The notes beneath the pieces were generated by a model. That model was not told where the DNA came from, ran no database searches, and saw only the letters and a program-made list of their open reading frames with translations. 54,732 bases of DNA from Candidatus Moraniibacteriota bacterium (lineage in GTDB: Bacteria > Patescibacteriota > Minisyncoccia > Moranbacterales > GCA-2747515), in the NCBI GenBank assembly GCA_027031495.1, contig JALVQA010000001.1:1-54732 (forward strand). Reading direction: 5' to 3'. This document shows, in pieces, positions 7,596-17,775 of the stretch. Numbering within the stretch: the stretch's first letter is position 1; the number at the start of each line of letters is the position of its first letter. A program made the translations under genes and the position numbers.

Positions 7596-9050
7596 CTATA
7601 AACTAATACGACCTAACACATCATCACCAACAACTTGACACAGTACTTGCGCCATTTCTTTCACATCATCAATATTCTTGCCAACAATTGCAGCACCCAT
7701 TTTCTCTGGTAATGTCTGAACAAGTGTTGGCACAATACCACCATGACCATCACTATGGAATTTCTTTAAAGAAAAAAGATATTCACCAAAATCTGATTGT
7801 AATTCACTAAATGAATTATATATTCTTTGTGGCTGTACAGTATTGATGGATAGAACTGTAATAGGTCGCCGATCATTTGTTAATACTCGTAATTGATCCA
7901 TTAGTGCGATAGGGTGAATCGCACCAGTCATACGACCATTTATCTCAATAACTTTTAAGCCATCATCCGTACGAAATACGTCTACACCAATATGTGTATC
8001 ACGTGCTCTGCCGGCAAGTTCTTGTATTGCACATCGCAATCGTCCTAACTGATTGTTATCAATACTATTAACTGCATCCAATGAATCACTACTTATTAAA
8101 TTTCCTTGATGAGTCGTTCCTGTTGCACGGTCTACGATTTGCTGCGTTACACCCTCCCCATGAGCAATGCCGTCGTGATCAATATAAAACTGTACTGTCA
8201 TATTCATCAGACACTGTTGAGAAATATCTGCTGTCAAAACAAAGGCTGGTACGTTGTGGTGATTTAGTATAAAATCTCGGACATCATTGTATGATTGAAC
8301 GCGCTTGATGCCACTTCCAGAAGCACTGCCAGAATATTTGATATAGCCCGCACTATTTTGCGCAAAAAAATTGTCAATTGACCGTTTGTTAATATTTTCA
8401 CGCATAATGATCCGTGCCGGCATGGTTAATTCCGGATATTTCTTCAACAGAAATCTTCGAAGCATAACGTCATCATTCATAACATTTCCAACGAATTGCT
8501 CTGTGTCACTTTTCCATCCTCCTGATACATCTGTGCTACGCAATATTGGAAGACCAAGAATGTTTTTTACTTTAAAAACCCCTTTTCCTTTCGGCAATTC
8601 TGGATAAATATTCTCTGCAATACGCTCAAAAATCTCTTGTGACTCCGGTGATTGCGCAAATAATAATAGTGGCGCATAGCCCATCAATTCTTCTTTTGTT
8701 TTTACTGTAGCCAATACTGTTTCAAGTGTGCTTTTGTTAGTAGATGTATCTACAACATCATAGTTCCGCGCTCCAATGCAGTTATCTGTGTAGTACTGCA
8801 TTAATGGCTGTGCGAAATGCTCAGTCTTGTCGGTTCGCGCAACAATAGTACGCTTGCTTGGTAAGATGAGTGAACGGTCACTGTAGTACACAACACCTTT
8901 TACTGTTTTCTGTAAATCAGGATAGTGCAATAGTGGCTCTGTTATGACAGTTTTATCACGAAATCTTTCTACAATACTTCCCCGTTCCGGTATTACATTA
9001 TCTCTTACTTCTACGTTACTCATTCTCTCAATGGAAAATTTATTTTTCAT
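7596..9050 (-). CDS. ATP-grasp superfamily ligase
   Basis: YIKYSGSASGSGIKRV (Lys plus Gly-rich loop) and IGVDVF...VIEINGRMTG (ExNxR). Confidence 0.8.
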   Translation of the reverse strand: MKNKFSIERMSNVEVRDNVIPERGSIVERFRDKTVITEPLLHYPDLQKTVKGVVYYSDRSLILPSKRTIVARTDKTEHFAQPLMQYYTDNCIGARNYDVVDTSTNKSTLETVLATVKTKEELMGYAPLLLFAQSPESQEIFERIAENIYPELPKGKGVFKVKNILGLPILRSTDVSGGWKSDTEQFVGNVMNDDVMLRRFLLKKYPELTMPARIIMRENINKRSIDNFFAQNSAGYIKYSGSASGSGIKRVQSYNDVRDFILNHHNVPAFVLTADISQQCLMNMTVQFYIDHDGIAHGEGVTQQIVDRATGTTHQGNLISSDSLDAVNSIDNNQLGRLRCAIQELAGRARDTHIGVDVFRTDDGLKVIEINGRMTGAIHPIALMDQLRVLTNDRRPITVLSINTVQPQRIYNSFSELQSDFGEYLFSLKKFHSDGHGGIVPTLVQTLPEKMGAAIVGKNIDDVKEMAQVLCQVVGDDVLGRISL

Positions 9051-9165
9051 GATCTAATTTACTGAAATATTAATATAATGTATAGCTGTATTATAGCTCA
9101 CGAACAACTATCTACATAATGTATACGATGATAAGACTGCTCGGCTTTCGATATCTTATAACCCA

Positions 9166-9858
9166 TCACACATCCGCGCCATACGTACGCAAATCGCGCA
9201 GAATCTTGCGCACGGGCTTGAAGGATGCGCGGTGCAGTGGCGTTGGACCGTAGCGCTTGAGCGCTTCTAAGTGTTCGCGCGTCCCATAGCCCTTGTGCTT
9301 CTCAAAGCCATACTGCGGGTACTGCGCGGCGAGTGCCACCATCATCTCGTCACGCGCCATTTTTGCAACAATACTTGCCGCCGCGATGCTCATTACTATT
9401 GCATCACCACCAGGCACGGCACGTTGCGCACCGGAGTACGCCGCAAGTTCCTTGTCACCGTCAATCAGCAAAAATGTTCGCTCTGTGCGTAGCGCACGCG
9501 GCAGTGCTTGCACTGCCTTCTTCATCGCCAGCAACGCCGCCTCCAAGATGTTAATGCGATCAATCGTCGCGTTGTCGCACAGCCCCAGCGCCACGGTGAA
9601 GTGCTCCTCAATCAGTGCACGCGCATCGGCGCGCTGTCTCTCCGAGAGCTTCTTGGAGTCACGCACCAGCCGCCAGCGCTTGTCCCGCGCATAGAGTTCC
9701 TCACATGGCACGTCATACAGCGCCGGGTCCTTAGCCACCGCTGCGGCCGCCACAACCGGCCCGACCAGCGGTCCACGCCCCACTTCATCCACGCCGATAA
9801 CCACACTGTAGCCGTCACGCATCGCTTGTTGCTCTTTTGTCCACGTTGGTAGCATCAT
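9166..9858 (-). CDS. rnhB: Ribonuclease HII
   Basis: GVDEVGRGPLVGPVVAAA, DSKKLS, LIDG, SIAAASIVAK, YGFEKHKGYGT; start moved from 10101 to 9858. Confidence 0.97.
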   Translation of the reverse strand: MMLPTWTKEQQAMRDGYSVVIGVDEVGRGPLVGPVVAAAAVAKDPALYDVPCEELYARDKRWRLVRDSKKLSERQRADARALIEEHFTVALGLCDNATIDRINILEAALLAMKKAVQALPRALRTERTFLLIDGDKELAAYSGAQRAVPGGDAIVMSIAAASIVAKMARDEMMVALAAQYPQYGFEKHKGYGTREHLEALKRYGPTPLHRASFKPVRKILRDLRTYGADV

Positions 9859-9861
9859 ACA

Positions 9862-9920
9862 TTGACAGTACCACAATACGTCATTATCGTTAATATGGTC
9901 CTTTGATAAAAACAAAGAGG
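9862..9920 (+). promoter_or_regulatory. Promoter, boxA-like motif and SD
   Basis: TTGACA(9862)-N17-TATCGT; GTCCTTTGATAA (9898-9909); AGAGG (9916-9920). Confidence 0.55.
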
Positions 9921-9927
9921 AAAGTAC

Positions 9928-10215
9928 GTGAAAAAAGCACAGGATTTTTGTCGCACACTTTTTCGTATTATACGCATCAGTGCGTTCATAATTATCCCCG
10001 GCAGCATCATCTGGTTCTCCATGGCAATCATTATGGTAACAACCATCATCGAAGTGATTGCGTTGATTTCCATGCTTCTCGGAGCATGTGCTGCCGCACA
10101 AAAAATGCGTAAACCCTTACGCACACGTCTGCGCATGTACATGAAAAAGACAACTGCCACTATCTTTGGTATGTGGCTTTATTTGCGCACACTATTTATC
10201 ACCTTCCGTCGGTAG
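9928..10215 (+). CDS. Small hypothetical membrane protein
   Basis: 95 aa, GTG start with SD and promoter; long hydrophobic segment followed by a basic tail. Confidence 0.6.
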   Translation: MKKAQDFCRTLFRIIRISAFIIIPGSIIWFSMAIIMVTTIIEVIALISMLLGACAAAQKMRKPLRTRLRMYMKKTTATIFGMWLYLRTLFITFRR

Positions 10216-10297
10216 CATTGCTTTTCCGGCGGCTTTTTTTAAACCGTGCAAGCAATGCTATAGTATACATATAATATACTAAACTGTTGATACTGCC

Positions 10298-12292
10298 ATG
10301 CATCAGTCATTTGAAACAACATTTATCTCAGAAACAATAAACAAAAAACTCTTTGAAGACAGACTGGCACAGGAGTTTTTCAAAATGTGGTGTGTAATGC
10401 ACGACTCTATCTATACCCGCTTCATCACTAGAGAAGAATGGGAAAAACGTTCACCTCGCAATATTCTTGAAAAACATGACAATGGTATGTATGTGTTATA
10501 TATACCACGTGATATACGCCTTCCGGAAGCAATAGATATTGTAAGAGCTATTGACCATGATACATTTGCACATGATCCATCACAGCGTGACAAGCATGCG
10601 GATAAAATCATAGAAATGGGTGCACTTTTTGAAAAAGCCGGACGTTACCTATGGGAGTATGTCCCAATATTAGATGAAAAGAGCGGCAAGAACATCGCAG
10701 AAACACTGGCGCAAAAATTCTACTCCTATGGCCTAGCGTTACAAAATAAGCAAGAAACAAAGGAACACGGCAGTCTTCAAGATCGAAACACACCCCTAAC
10801 GGAGGAAGAGAAGGAATTGCTAGACAAATGGTTTCTTGGAGAAAATGTTTATCACAACAGAATTGCGCGCCTTGGCAATCACCCGACCAAGGAGCAGAAG
10901 GATACTTTGCGCAAAAAACTTCTTGCATCATACTTCAGCACACTCGCAAAAAGCGGCGCCGAGGACAACGGCGATCATCCATGGAAAGTACATACCGGCC
11001 CAATACAACACATTCACGACCACAGCAAGGAACAGATCGTAAAAGCAATTGAAACGCCGGAAAGGGAGATGAGATTGGCAATTTTTAGGCGTGGCATGGA
11101 AAAACTGGTAAAAAATATGAAGGATGCACGTAAGAATGGAAACGCCGCGGTAAAAAAGGTGCTGAATAATTTTTTTAAGGAACAGGGCTACGACATCAGC
11201 GCGCATCAAAGACGTCTCTACGATACCCTTCACATTGACAGGCTCAAAGAGGAACTTGACACCGTAAGAAAAAACGGCGATAAGATCGCTATTGCCAATA
11301 AAGAGTATACTATTGCACGAAAGATCCATGCAGCTGTTAATAACATTCGCAAAAAAGAAGGTATCTATGCACCATCAGATACACTTAGGACACAGTCTTT
11401 AAATTGTGTTAGTGCATCAATTCTCGGCGGTGGCCTTCTCGATAAAATTGGTATCAAGTACTGGCATGTTGACATGCATGATCATGTAGCAACTGTTCTT
11501 GTTACCAGTGATGATAAAATCTATTGGCAAGACTTTACATTAACCGACACGAAACGTGGCAACTATAAAGAAATTTGCCCGGAGATGCTTGATGATCCAC
11601 AACACTTTCCTAATGTAAAATACATACCAGATAGTGGTGTTACGTTACGTTTCAAAAACTGGAATCCATACGATTTTCTTGAGGGAAAAATGCGTGTAAT
11701 GTTGCTTCCACCAGAAATAGGACAACCATTTCATGTTCTTTATAATGCTGGCATTTCCCTATATAAAATAGGAGAATATGAAAAAGCGCTTGAAGCACTC
11801 GAGCAAGCACGTGCACTCGGTCCAAAAATTGCCGATTTGTATGGCACCATCGGTGCTGTACTAATCAAACTTGGTCGCAGTGACGAAGCAATCAAAGAGT
11901 GTAGACGTGCAATCGCACTTGATGACAAAGATCCCGGTCTATACATCAATATGGCGACGGCATTATTCCATGCAGAAAGATATAGGGAATCTGTTGAGAT
12001 CTACAAAAAGGCAATTGCTATTGATCACAATAATGCGCAAGCACATGATGGTCTTGGCAGTGCTCTTTTTATGCTTGAAAGATATGAAGAAGCAGTTATC
12101 GCTTTTAAGCAAGCACTTGCTCTTAAGTCAGTCACCTCTACATATTTTAAGCTTGGCGCAACATTAGAAAAGTGTAATAGACTTAAGGAAGCTATTGATG
12201 CCTTCGAAAAATGTCTAGCTAAATGTGATGATCGTACTTTTACTTCCGCAGCACAAAAACATATTGAGAAGATAAAAGAAAAATTATCGTAG
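10298..12292 (+). CDS. TPR-repeat protein with a central transglutaminase/papain-like motif
   Basis: About five C-terminal TPRs (e.g. AHDGLGSALFMLERYEEAVIAFKQAL); central LNCVSAS...DHVATVL...WQD. Confidence 0.8.
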   Translation: MHQSFETTFISETINKKLFEDRLAQEFFKMWCVMHDSIYTRFITREEWEKRSPRNILEKHDNGMYVLYIPRDIRLPEAIDIVRAIDHDTFAHDPSQRDKHADKIIEMGALFEKAGRYLWEYVPILDEKSGKNIAETLAQKFYSYGLALQNKQETKEHGSLQDRNTPLTEEEKELLDKWFLGENVYHNRIARLGNHPTKEQKDTLRKKLLASYFSTLAKSGAEDNGDHPWKVHTGPIQHIHDHSKEQIVKAIETPEREMRLAIFRRGMEKLVKNMKDARKNGNAAVKKVLNNFFKEQGYDISAHQRRLYDTLHIDRLKEELDTVRKNGDKIAIANKEYTIARKIHAAVNNIRKKEGIYAPSDTLRTQSLNCVSASILGGGLLDKIGIKYWHVDMHDHVATVLVTSDDKIYWQDFTLTDTKRGNYKEICPEMLDDPQHFPNVKYIPDSGVTLRFKNWNPYDFLEGKMRVMLLPPEIGQPFHVLYNAGISLYKIGEYEKALEALEQARALGPKIADLYGTIGAVLIKLGRSDEAIKECRRAIALDDKDPGLYINMATALFHAERYRESVEIYKKAIAIDHNNAQAHDGLGSALFMLERYEEAVIAFKQALALKSVTSTYFKLGATLEKCNRLKEAIDAFEKCLAKCDDRTFTSAAQKHIEKIKEKLS

Positions 12293-12401
12293 TGAAGCAA
12301 CAATCAAACATGCTTTTTGCGTCACTTGTATTTATGTCAGTATGTGCAGTATTTTTTCATGATATACTATACAAGTAATTGTATAGGTTTGACGTATTTT
12401 C

Positions 12402-15400
12402 ATGGATTTTGTTCATCTTCACGTACGATCACACTATTCCCTTTTGAGTGGACTTGCGAAAATTGATGATCTTGTTAGTGCGGCAAAAAACGATGGCATG
12501 ACAGCTCTTGCATTAACTGATCTTTCCAATGTTTATGGCGCTGTTGAGTTTTTTGTTGCTGCAAAAAAAGCTGATATCAAACCAATTATTGGCTGTGAAA
12601 TACGCATAACAGAAAACATGCATGACAAGTCCAACACATCACAGGCACGTAAGAGTAACAGTCTCATCCTCCTTGTTCTCAATGATGTCGGTTATCATAA
12701 CCTCCTTAAACTCATTACAAAAGCACAACTAGATGGATTCTACCACGAAGCACGTGTTGACAAAAAATGCCTTGCACAATATGCGGAAGGCTTAATTGCT
12801 CTTTCCGGCTGGCTGGACGGCGAGATTCCAGAGCGACTTATTGACCGTGATTATGCCGGTGCAAAAAGGGTGGCGCGTGAGTATCAGAAAATTTTTGGTA
12901 AAGAAAATTTTTATCTTGAACTTCAGCATCACGATGGCAGTGATCGGCAGAATATTGTCAACAAGGGATGCAAAAAAATTGCGTACGACATTGACGCACC
13001 ACTCGTTGCAACATCCAGTATCTACTATCTCAAACCGGAAGATGCTGATGTACAAGACATTGCTACCTGTATTGCAACAAACCGTAAAGTGGAAGACGCC
13101 GATCGTCCAAGTCTCGTTGATTTTGATCTTTCGTTTCGCTCACAGGAATCAATGCGTAATGCTTTCGCAGACACCCCAGAAGCACTTACAAACACTGTTA
13201 AAATCGCTCAGCGCGTCACGTTTGAAATGGTTCTCGGCGAGATCCAATTGCCATACTATGAGCTTCCAGCTGGACAAACAGCTGATGAGACATTACGTGC
13301 ACAGTGTGAAAAGGCACTTGTTACTCGCTATGGCACCACTGTTACAGATGTGCACCGCGATCGCATGAATTATGAACTTGACATCATTCGCAAGACTGGC
13401 TATGCGTCGTACTTTCTTATTGTGCAAGACTTCGTTAACTGGGCCAAAAATGCTGGCATTGTTGTAGGACCAGGACGCGGGAGTGCTGCCGGATCAATTG
13501 TTGCGTACCTTACCGGCATTACCAATATTGACCCCATCAAGTACAAATTGCTTTTTGAACGCTTTCTCAATCCTGAACGTATCTCCATGCCTGACGTTGA
13601 TATGGATTTTGCAGATATACGACGCGATGAGGTTTTGCACTATGTGCGTGAAAAGTACGGACATGATCACGTTGCACAAATTATTACTTTTGGAACAATG
13701 GCTGCGCGCGCGGCAATTCGCGACGCCGGACGTGCACTGAATTACCCCTACAGTTTTTGTGACCAGCTCTCAAAAATGATTCCGATGTTTTCATCAATTG
13801 ACGATGCGCTCAAGGAATCACCAGACTTCATTGAGGCATACAAGGATCCGGAAGCAAAAAAACTCATTGACAGCGCCAAGCGCCTTGAAGGTATTGCGCG
13901 CCACACCAGTGTGCATGCCTGTGGCGTTGTTATCACTAAAGAGCCGGTCTCTTACTACACACCACTGCAACGCGTCGCCGGCGATGATGAGGCGGTTGTT
14001 ACACAGTATGCATCAAGCACAAAGTTCTCCAGCGTAGAAAAAATCGGCCTGTTAAAAATGGACTTTTTAGGTCTTAAAAACCTTACAATCATTGAAAATA
14101 CGATCAATATTGTACACAAGGTACGCGGTGGCACAAAAATTAATATCGAACGCATTCCCCTTGATGATGAACGCACCTACAAACTTTTTCAGGACGGGCA
14201 AACAACTGGCGTCTTCCAATTTGAATCCAGTGGCATGAAGCGCTACCTCAAAAAACTCAAACCAACTGAATTAGAAGACATCATCGCAATGGTTGCGCTC
14301 TATCGACCCGGTCCTATGGAGTGGATTCCCGACTTTATCGCTGGCAAACACGGCACAAAAACTGTGCACTACCTTCACCCAAAACTGGAACCAATCCTTG
14401 CAGATACGTACGGCGTAGCAATCTACCAGGAACAAGTCATGCGCATCGCACAGGAACTTGCCGGCTTCACACTCGGCGAAGCTGATATCTTGCGCAAAGC
14501 AATGGGTAAAAAAATCATGGAACTCATTAAAGAGCAGAAGATAAAGTTTGTTGAAGGTGCTGTCAAAAATGGGATTGCGCGTGATATTGCTGAGAAAGTC
14601 TTTGCTTTTATCGAACCATTTGCCGGCTACGGCTTCAATCGCTCTCACGCTGCATGTTATGCGCTCATTGGTTATCAGACTGCCTATCTCAAAGCACACT
14701 ACCCCGCACCGTTCATGGCAGCGCTTATGACGTCTGATCAGCAACATGTTGATCGTATTGCCGTTGACGTTGCCGAATGTCGCGCACTCGGCATTACGGT
14801 GTTGCCACCTGATGTCAATGAAAGCTTTAAAGACTTTGCTGTCGTACCAGGTTCTAATCCAGATGCCGTATCAAATGGTGAGAAGATCCGCTTCGGTCTT
14901 AATGCAATTAAGGGCGTTGGCCACGATGTTGCACAAACAATTGTTGATGAACGCAAAAAAAATGGTCCGTATAAGAACCTTACCGATTTTGTCACACGGC
15001 TCAGCGGCACAAATGCCATTCATAAAAAATCACTAGAATCTCTTGCAAAGGTTGGAGCTTTTGATGCTTTTGCCGATCGCGCACAGATACTTGGTAATAT
15101 AGAGCGCATCATCACTTTCTCAAAAGAAATTGCACGTTCGCGAGAATCGGCGCAAGAATCACTTTTTGGCGCAAATCTCTTTGGTAGTGCACAAATTATC
15201 CTGCAAACAACGGAAAAAGGCGACGAACGCACATACCTTGAGTGGGAGAAAAAACTTCTCGGCCTTTACGTAACAGGACATCCTGCACAAAAATTTCAAG
15301 ACTACATAAGCCACATCACACGAAAAATTGCCACCATCACAGAGGACGACGACGAAAAGGAGTGCTCTATCGGTGGCGTTGTCATAGCGCAACAAAAAAT

Positions 15401-15917
15401 TATTACAAAAAAAGGACAGCAAATGCTTTTTGTGACCGTTGAAGATGCAACAGGCGCTATTGAATGCCTCGTGTTTCCAAAACGTTATGAAGAAACAAAA
15501 GCACTGTGGGAAGAAGGTGCCGCACTCATCGTAAGAGGCCGTATTTCCACAAAAGATGGTGAAGTTAAGTTGTTGATGGAAGAAGTACACCCACTTACAG
15601 ACAAGGCCATACATGATCACATTCGTATTAAAAAGACGCAAGAGAAATACAGAAAGGAGCGCCATCCGCAACCGCTTCCTGATGGCGTGCCATCAGAGAT
15701 CACCATTATGCTTCCTCCCGATGCCAAATTGTCTGTCATAGAGACACTGCGCGACATTCTCGCAACATGTAATGCGGGACCAACAAAGGCTGCAATTGTT
15801 CACAACGGCGTACGCATGCGTACACCGTTCACAATTAGTTTTGACAGCACTTGTGAAAAGAAAATCACTACAGCAATTGTTGGCACACAAATCTCACTAA
15901 CATACAAACACTCGTAA
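12402..15917 (+). CDS. dnaE: DNA polymerase III alpha subunit
   Basis: FVHLHVRSHYSLL PHP domain, GPGRGSAAGS, MPDVDMDF, KMDFLGL, YGFNRSHA, OB domain. Confidence 0.99.
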   Translation: MDFVHLHVRSHYSLLSGLAKIDDLVSAAKNDGMTALALTDLSNVYGAVEFFVAAKKADIKPIIGCEIRITENMHDKSNTSQARKSNSLILLVLNDVGYHNLLKLITKAQLDGFYHEARVDKKCLAQYAEGLIALSGWLDGEIPERLIDRDYAGAKRVAREYQKIFGKENFYLELQHHDGSDRQNIVNKGCKKIAYDIDAPLVATSSIYYLKPEDADVQDIATCIATNRKVEDADRPSLVDFDLSFRSQESMRNAFADTPEALTNTVKIAQRVTFEMVLGEIQLPYYELPAGQTADETLRAQCEKALVTRYGTTVTDVHRDRMNYELDIIRKTGYASYFLIVQDFVNWAKNAGIVVGPGRGSAAGSIVAYLTGITNIDPIKYKLLFERFLNPERISMPDVDMDFADIRRDEVLHYVREKYGHDHVAQIITFGTMAARAAIRDAGRALNYPYSFCDQLSKMIPMFSSIDDALKESPDFIEAYKDPEAKKLIDSAKRLEGIARHTSVHACGVVITKEPVSYYTPLQRVAGDDEAVVTQYASSTKFSSVEKIGLLKMDFLGLKNLTIIENTINIVHKVRGGTKINIERIPLDDERTYKLFQDGQTTGVFQFESSGMKRYLKKLKPTELEDIIAMVALYRPGPMEWIPDFIAGKHGTKTVHYLHPKLEPILADTYGVAIYQEQVMRIAQELAGFTLGEADILRKAMGKKIMELIKEQKIKFVEGAVKNGIARDIAEKVFAFIEPFAGYGFNRSHAACYALIGYQTAYLKAHYPAPFMAALMTSDQQHVDRIAVDVAECRALGITVLPPDVNESFKDFAVVPGSNPDAVSNGEKIRFGLNAIKGVGHDVAQTIVDERKKNGPYKNLTDFVTRLSGTNAIHKKSLESLAKVGAFDAFADRAQILGNIERIITFSKEIARSRESAQESLFGANLFGSAQIILQTTEKGDERTYLEWEKKLLGLYVTGHPAQKFQDYISHITRKIATITEDDDEKECSIGGVVIAQQKIITKKGQQMLFVTVEDATGAIECLVFPKRYEETKALWEEGAALIVRGRISTKDGEVKLLMEEVHPLTDKAIHDHIRIKKTQEKYRKERHPQPLPDGVPSEITIMLPPDAKLSVIETLRDILATCNAGPTKAAIVHNGVRMRTPFTISFDSTCEKKITTAIVGTQISLTYKHS

Positions 15918-15951
15918 TTACGTAGCTGTTTGTTGTTTACTGTATTGGCAA

Positions 15952-16512
15952 CTACACACGTAGCTGTGCCATTATCGCATCAATCTGTTTATATGTCTCT
16001 TCAAGCGTGCCGTTGTTGTCAATAATATAATCTGCATATTGTTTAAGCTGCGGAATATCCCGGTCTGCAGCACGCTCATGATCGGCAACAAACTGCTCAT
16101 ACGTTTTACTTACATCATCTGCCTTTTCATCTCGTTGATGAATGCGCTCGTATCGCGTGCGCAAATCAGCGTCAACAAAAATAAAAACAAATCCATCGTG
16201 ACGGCGTAAAACATCAAGCTCCGCCTTTTTGCGGATACCATCCACAACAATGATATGTGCCTGCTCATGCGCAATGTCTGCGAGAAGTGCGCGTGACAGG
16301 ACATCTTGTCCAAACGTCGTTCGTAGCGCCTCTGCCAAGAGCGCAAGATTTTTGCGATCATACGGCAAATCAAGTCGCCGCAGAATATCTTGCAAGATTG
16401 CGCTATAACGAAGGTTGTGTACATGATATGCCTGCATCAAATAGCTGGTTACCGTCCCTTTACCGGCGCCGATTTCTCCCGTTACACCAATAATGATTTT
16501 TGATTTACTCAT
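15952..16512 (-). CDS. P-loop kinase (dephospho-CoA/nucleoside-monophosphate kinase-like)
   Basis: GVTGEIGAGKGT Walker A, VVDGIR, ADYIIDNNGT; last gene of the thyA-folA operon. Confidence 0.85.
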   Translation of the reverse strand: MSKSKIIIGVTGEIGAGKGTVTSYLMQAYHVHNLRYSAILQDILRRLDLPYDRKNLALLAEALRTTFGQDVLSRALLADIAHEQAHIIVVDGIRKKAELDVLRRHDGFVFIFVDADLRTRYERIHQRDEKADDVSKTYEQFVADHERAADRDIPQLKQYADYIIDNNGTLEETYKQIDAIMAQLRV

Positions 16513-17042
16513 ACAGCCCTTTCTAAACTTTTAAAAGTATATGTAAAGTTATCATCACTGCCTGTACGCTCACTTACAACGCGAGAAAAGACATCTTTGT
16601 ATGGCGGAAAAAACACATCAGCTCCCGGAAAATCTGCATCAATTTCCGTGATATAAAGGCGATCAGCTATCGGCAGTGCCTGTGCGTATACGCTTCCGCC
16701 GCCGATAACAAACACTTCATCTACACCAGTGTCGCGCGCAACGTCCTGTGCATATACTAGCGCATCATCCAGGCTGTGCGCTGCCACGACACCGGCAGGC
16801 GCATCAAAGGTTGAGAGCTCTGTTGGACGCATGAGAACAATATTTGTTCTTTTCGGCAACGGTCGTGCTTTTTGCGGCAGTGATTCATACGTAGCACGCC
16901 CCATAATCACAGGATGCCCCTTTGTTGTTTGTTGAAAATGTTTAAAATCCTCAGGAATATGCCACAACAGTGCATTTCTTGCACCAAGTTCACGATTACG
17001 TCCAACTGCAGCAATTATGCTTGTTCTTATTTTTCTATACAT
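16509..17042 (-). CDS. folA: Dihydrofolate reductase
   Basis: LLWHIPEDFKHF, VIMGRATYESLP, RPLPKRTNIV, VIGGGSVY, ADVFFP; start set at ATG 17042. Confidence 0.96.
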   Translation of the reverse strand: MYRKIRTSIIAAVGRNRELGARNALLWHIPEDFKHFQQTTKGHPVIMGRATYESLPQKARPLPKRTNIVLMRPTELSTFDAPAGVVAAHSLDDALVYAQDVARDTGVDEVFVIGGGSVYAQALPIADRLYITEIDADFPGADVFFPPYKDVFSRVVSERTGSDDNFTYTFKSLERAV

Positions 17043-17046
17043 CACC

Positions 17047-17775
17047 TTATTCATCAAATACGCGAAGAAGCGGGTAATAGAGATCTTCCCGCATAGGAAC
17101 ACTCAATTTATCTTGTGTGTCACTGTCAGTATACACGATGTCCGGTGCGTCGTGAATGATGCATACCGGTTGCGATGATGCTCCCTCGCCCATTACATAC
17201 ACCGCTGCTGCCGCCAGCGCATCCACAACATTTGCCTGCGAAAAACGTATCTGTCGACCAAAGAGATCTTTTTCTCCCGCATAATTACGCAATGGTGACA
17301 ACCCCCACCATCCAAGCGCAACGCCAACAACACCGTACCGCAGTGGCAGCGAGTGACTATCTGTGATAATAACGCCGTAGCGCGTACCACCATAACGCTC
17401 TCGTAGATAGTGCCATATTTCACGCGCTGCATCGTGTGGTTGTCGAGGCAAAAGGATATAATAACCATTACCATTACTTTCATCAATGCCAGCAGATGGC
17501 AAAAGGGCATTATGTGTGATTGTCAAATAAAAATCATGCCACGATGAATTGGTATATGGTACAACACGCCCTTGCGCCTCCCGCTCTATAAGAGCCTGCT
17601 TATCTGGAACTTCCGTTGGTGCAACACAGCGCCCCTGATGAATTGCAACAACTTTTGAGGTTACAACAATAATACTACCGGCCGGCATACTTTCCGGTAA
17701 AGCATCGTCAAGTACCGCAAAAAGGTTGTCACGTGGTGGTTGCAGACGACGTGTCGTCATTGGTATAATTTGCAT
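17047..17775 (-). CDS. CofE-family gamma-glutamyl ligase, likely folylpolyglutamate synthase (FolC2-type)
   Basis: VVTSKVVAIHQG, SAGIDESN, GVIITDS, DLFGR, NVVDALAAAAV..MGEG; lies between thyA and folA. Confidence 0.88.
   Translation of the reverse strand: MQIIPMTTRRLQPPRDNLFAVLDDALPESMPAGSIIVVTSKVVAIHQGRCVAPTEVPDKQALIEREAQGRVVPYTNSSWHDFYLTITHNALLPSAGIDESNGNGYYILLPRQPHDAAREIWHYLRERYGGTRYGVIITDSHSLPLRYGVVGVALGWWGLSPLRNYAGEKDLFGRQIRFSQANVVDALAAAAVYVMGEGASSQPVCIIHDAPDIVYTDSDTQDKLSVPMREDLYYPLLRVFDE

Noticed and set aside
9859-10101. 80-aa N-terminal extension of RNase HII
   Set aside because: Overlaps the divergent promoter and the SD-led ORF at 9928; RNase HII similarity starts near 9858.
10213-10260. 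Inverted repeat tagcattgctt...aagcaatgcta
   Set aside because: Single 11-bp stem with a long loop overlapping a likely extended -10; no second copy found, so terminator, operator or chance cannot be told apart.
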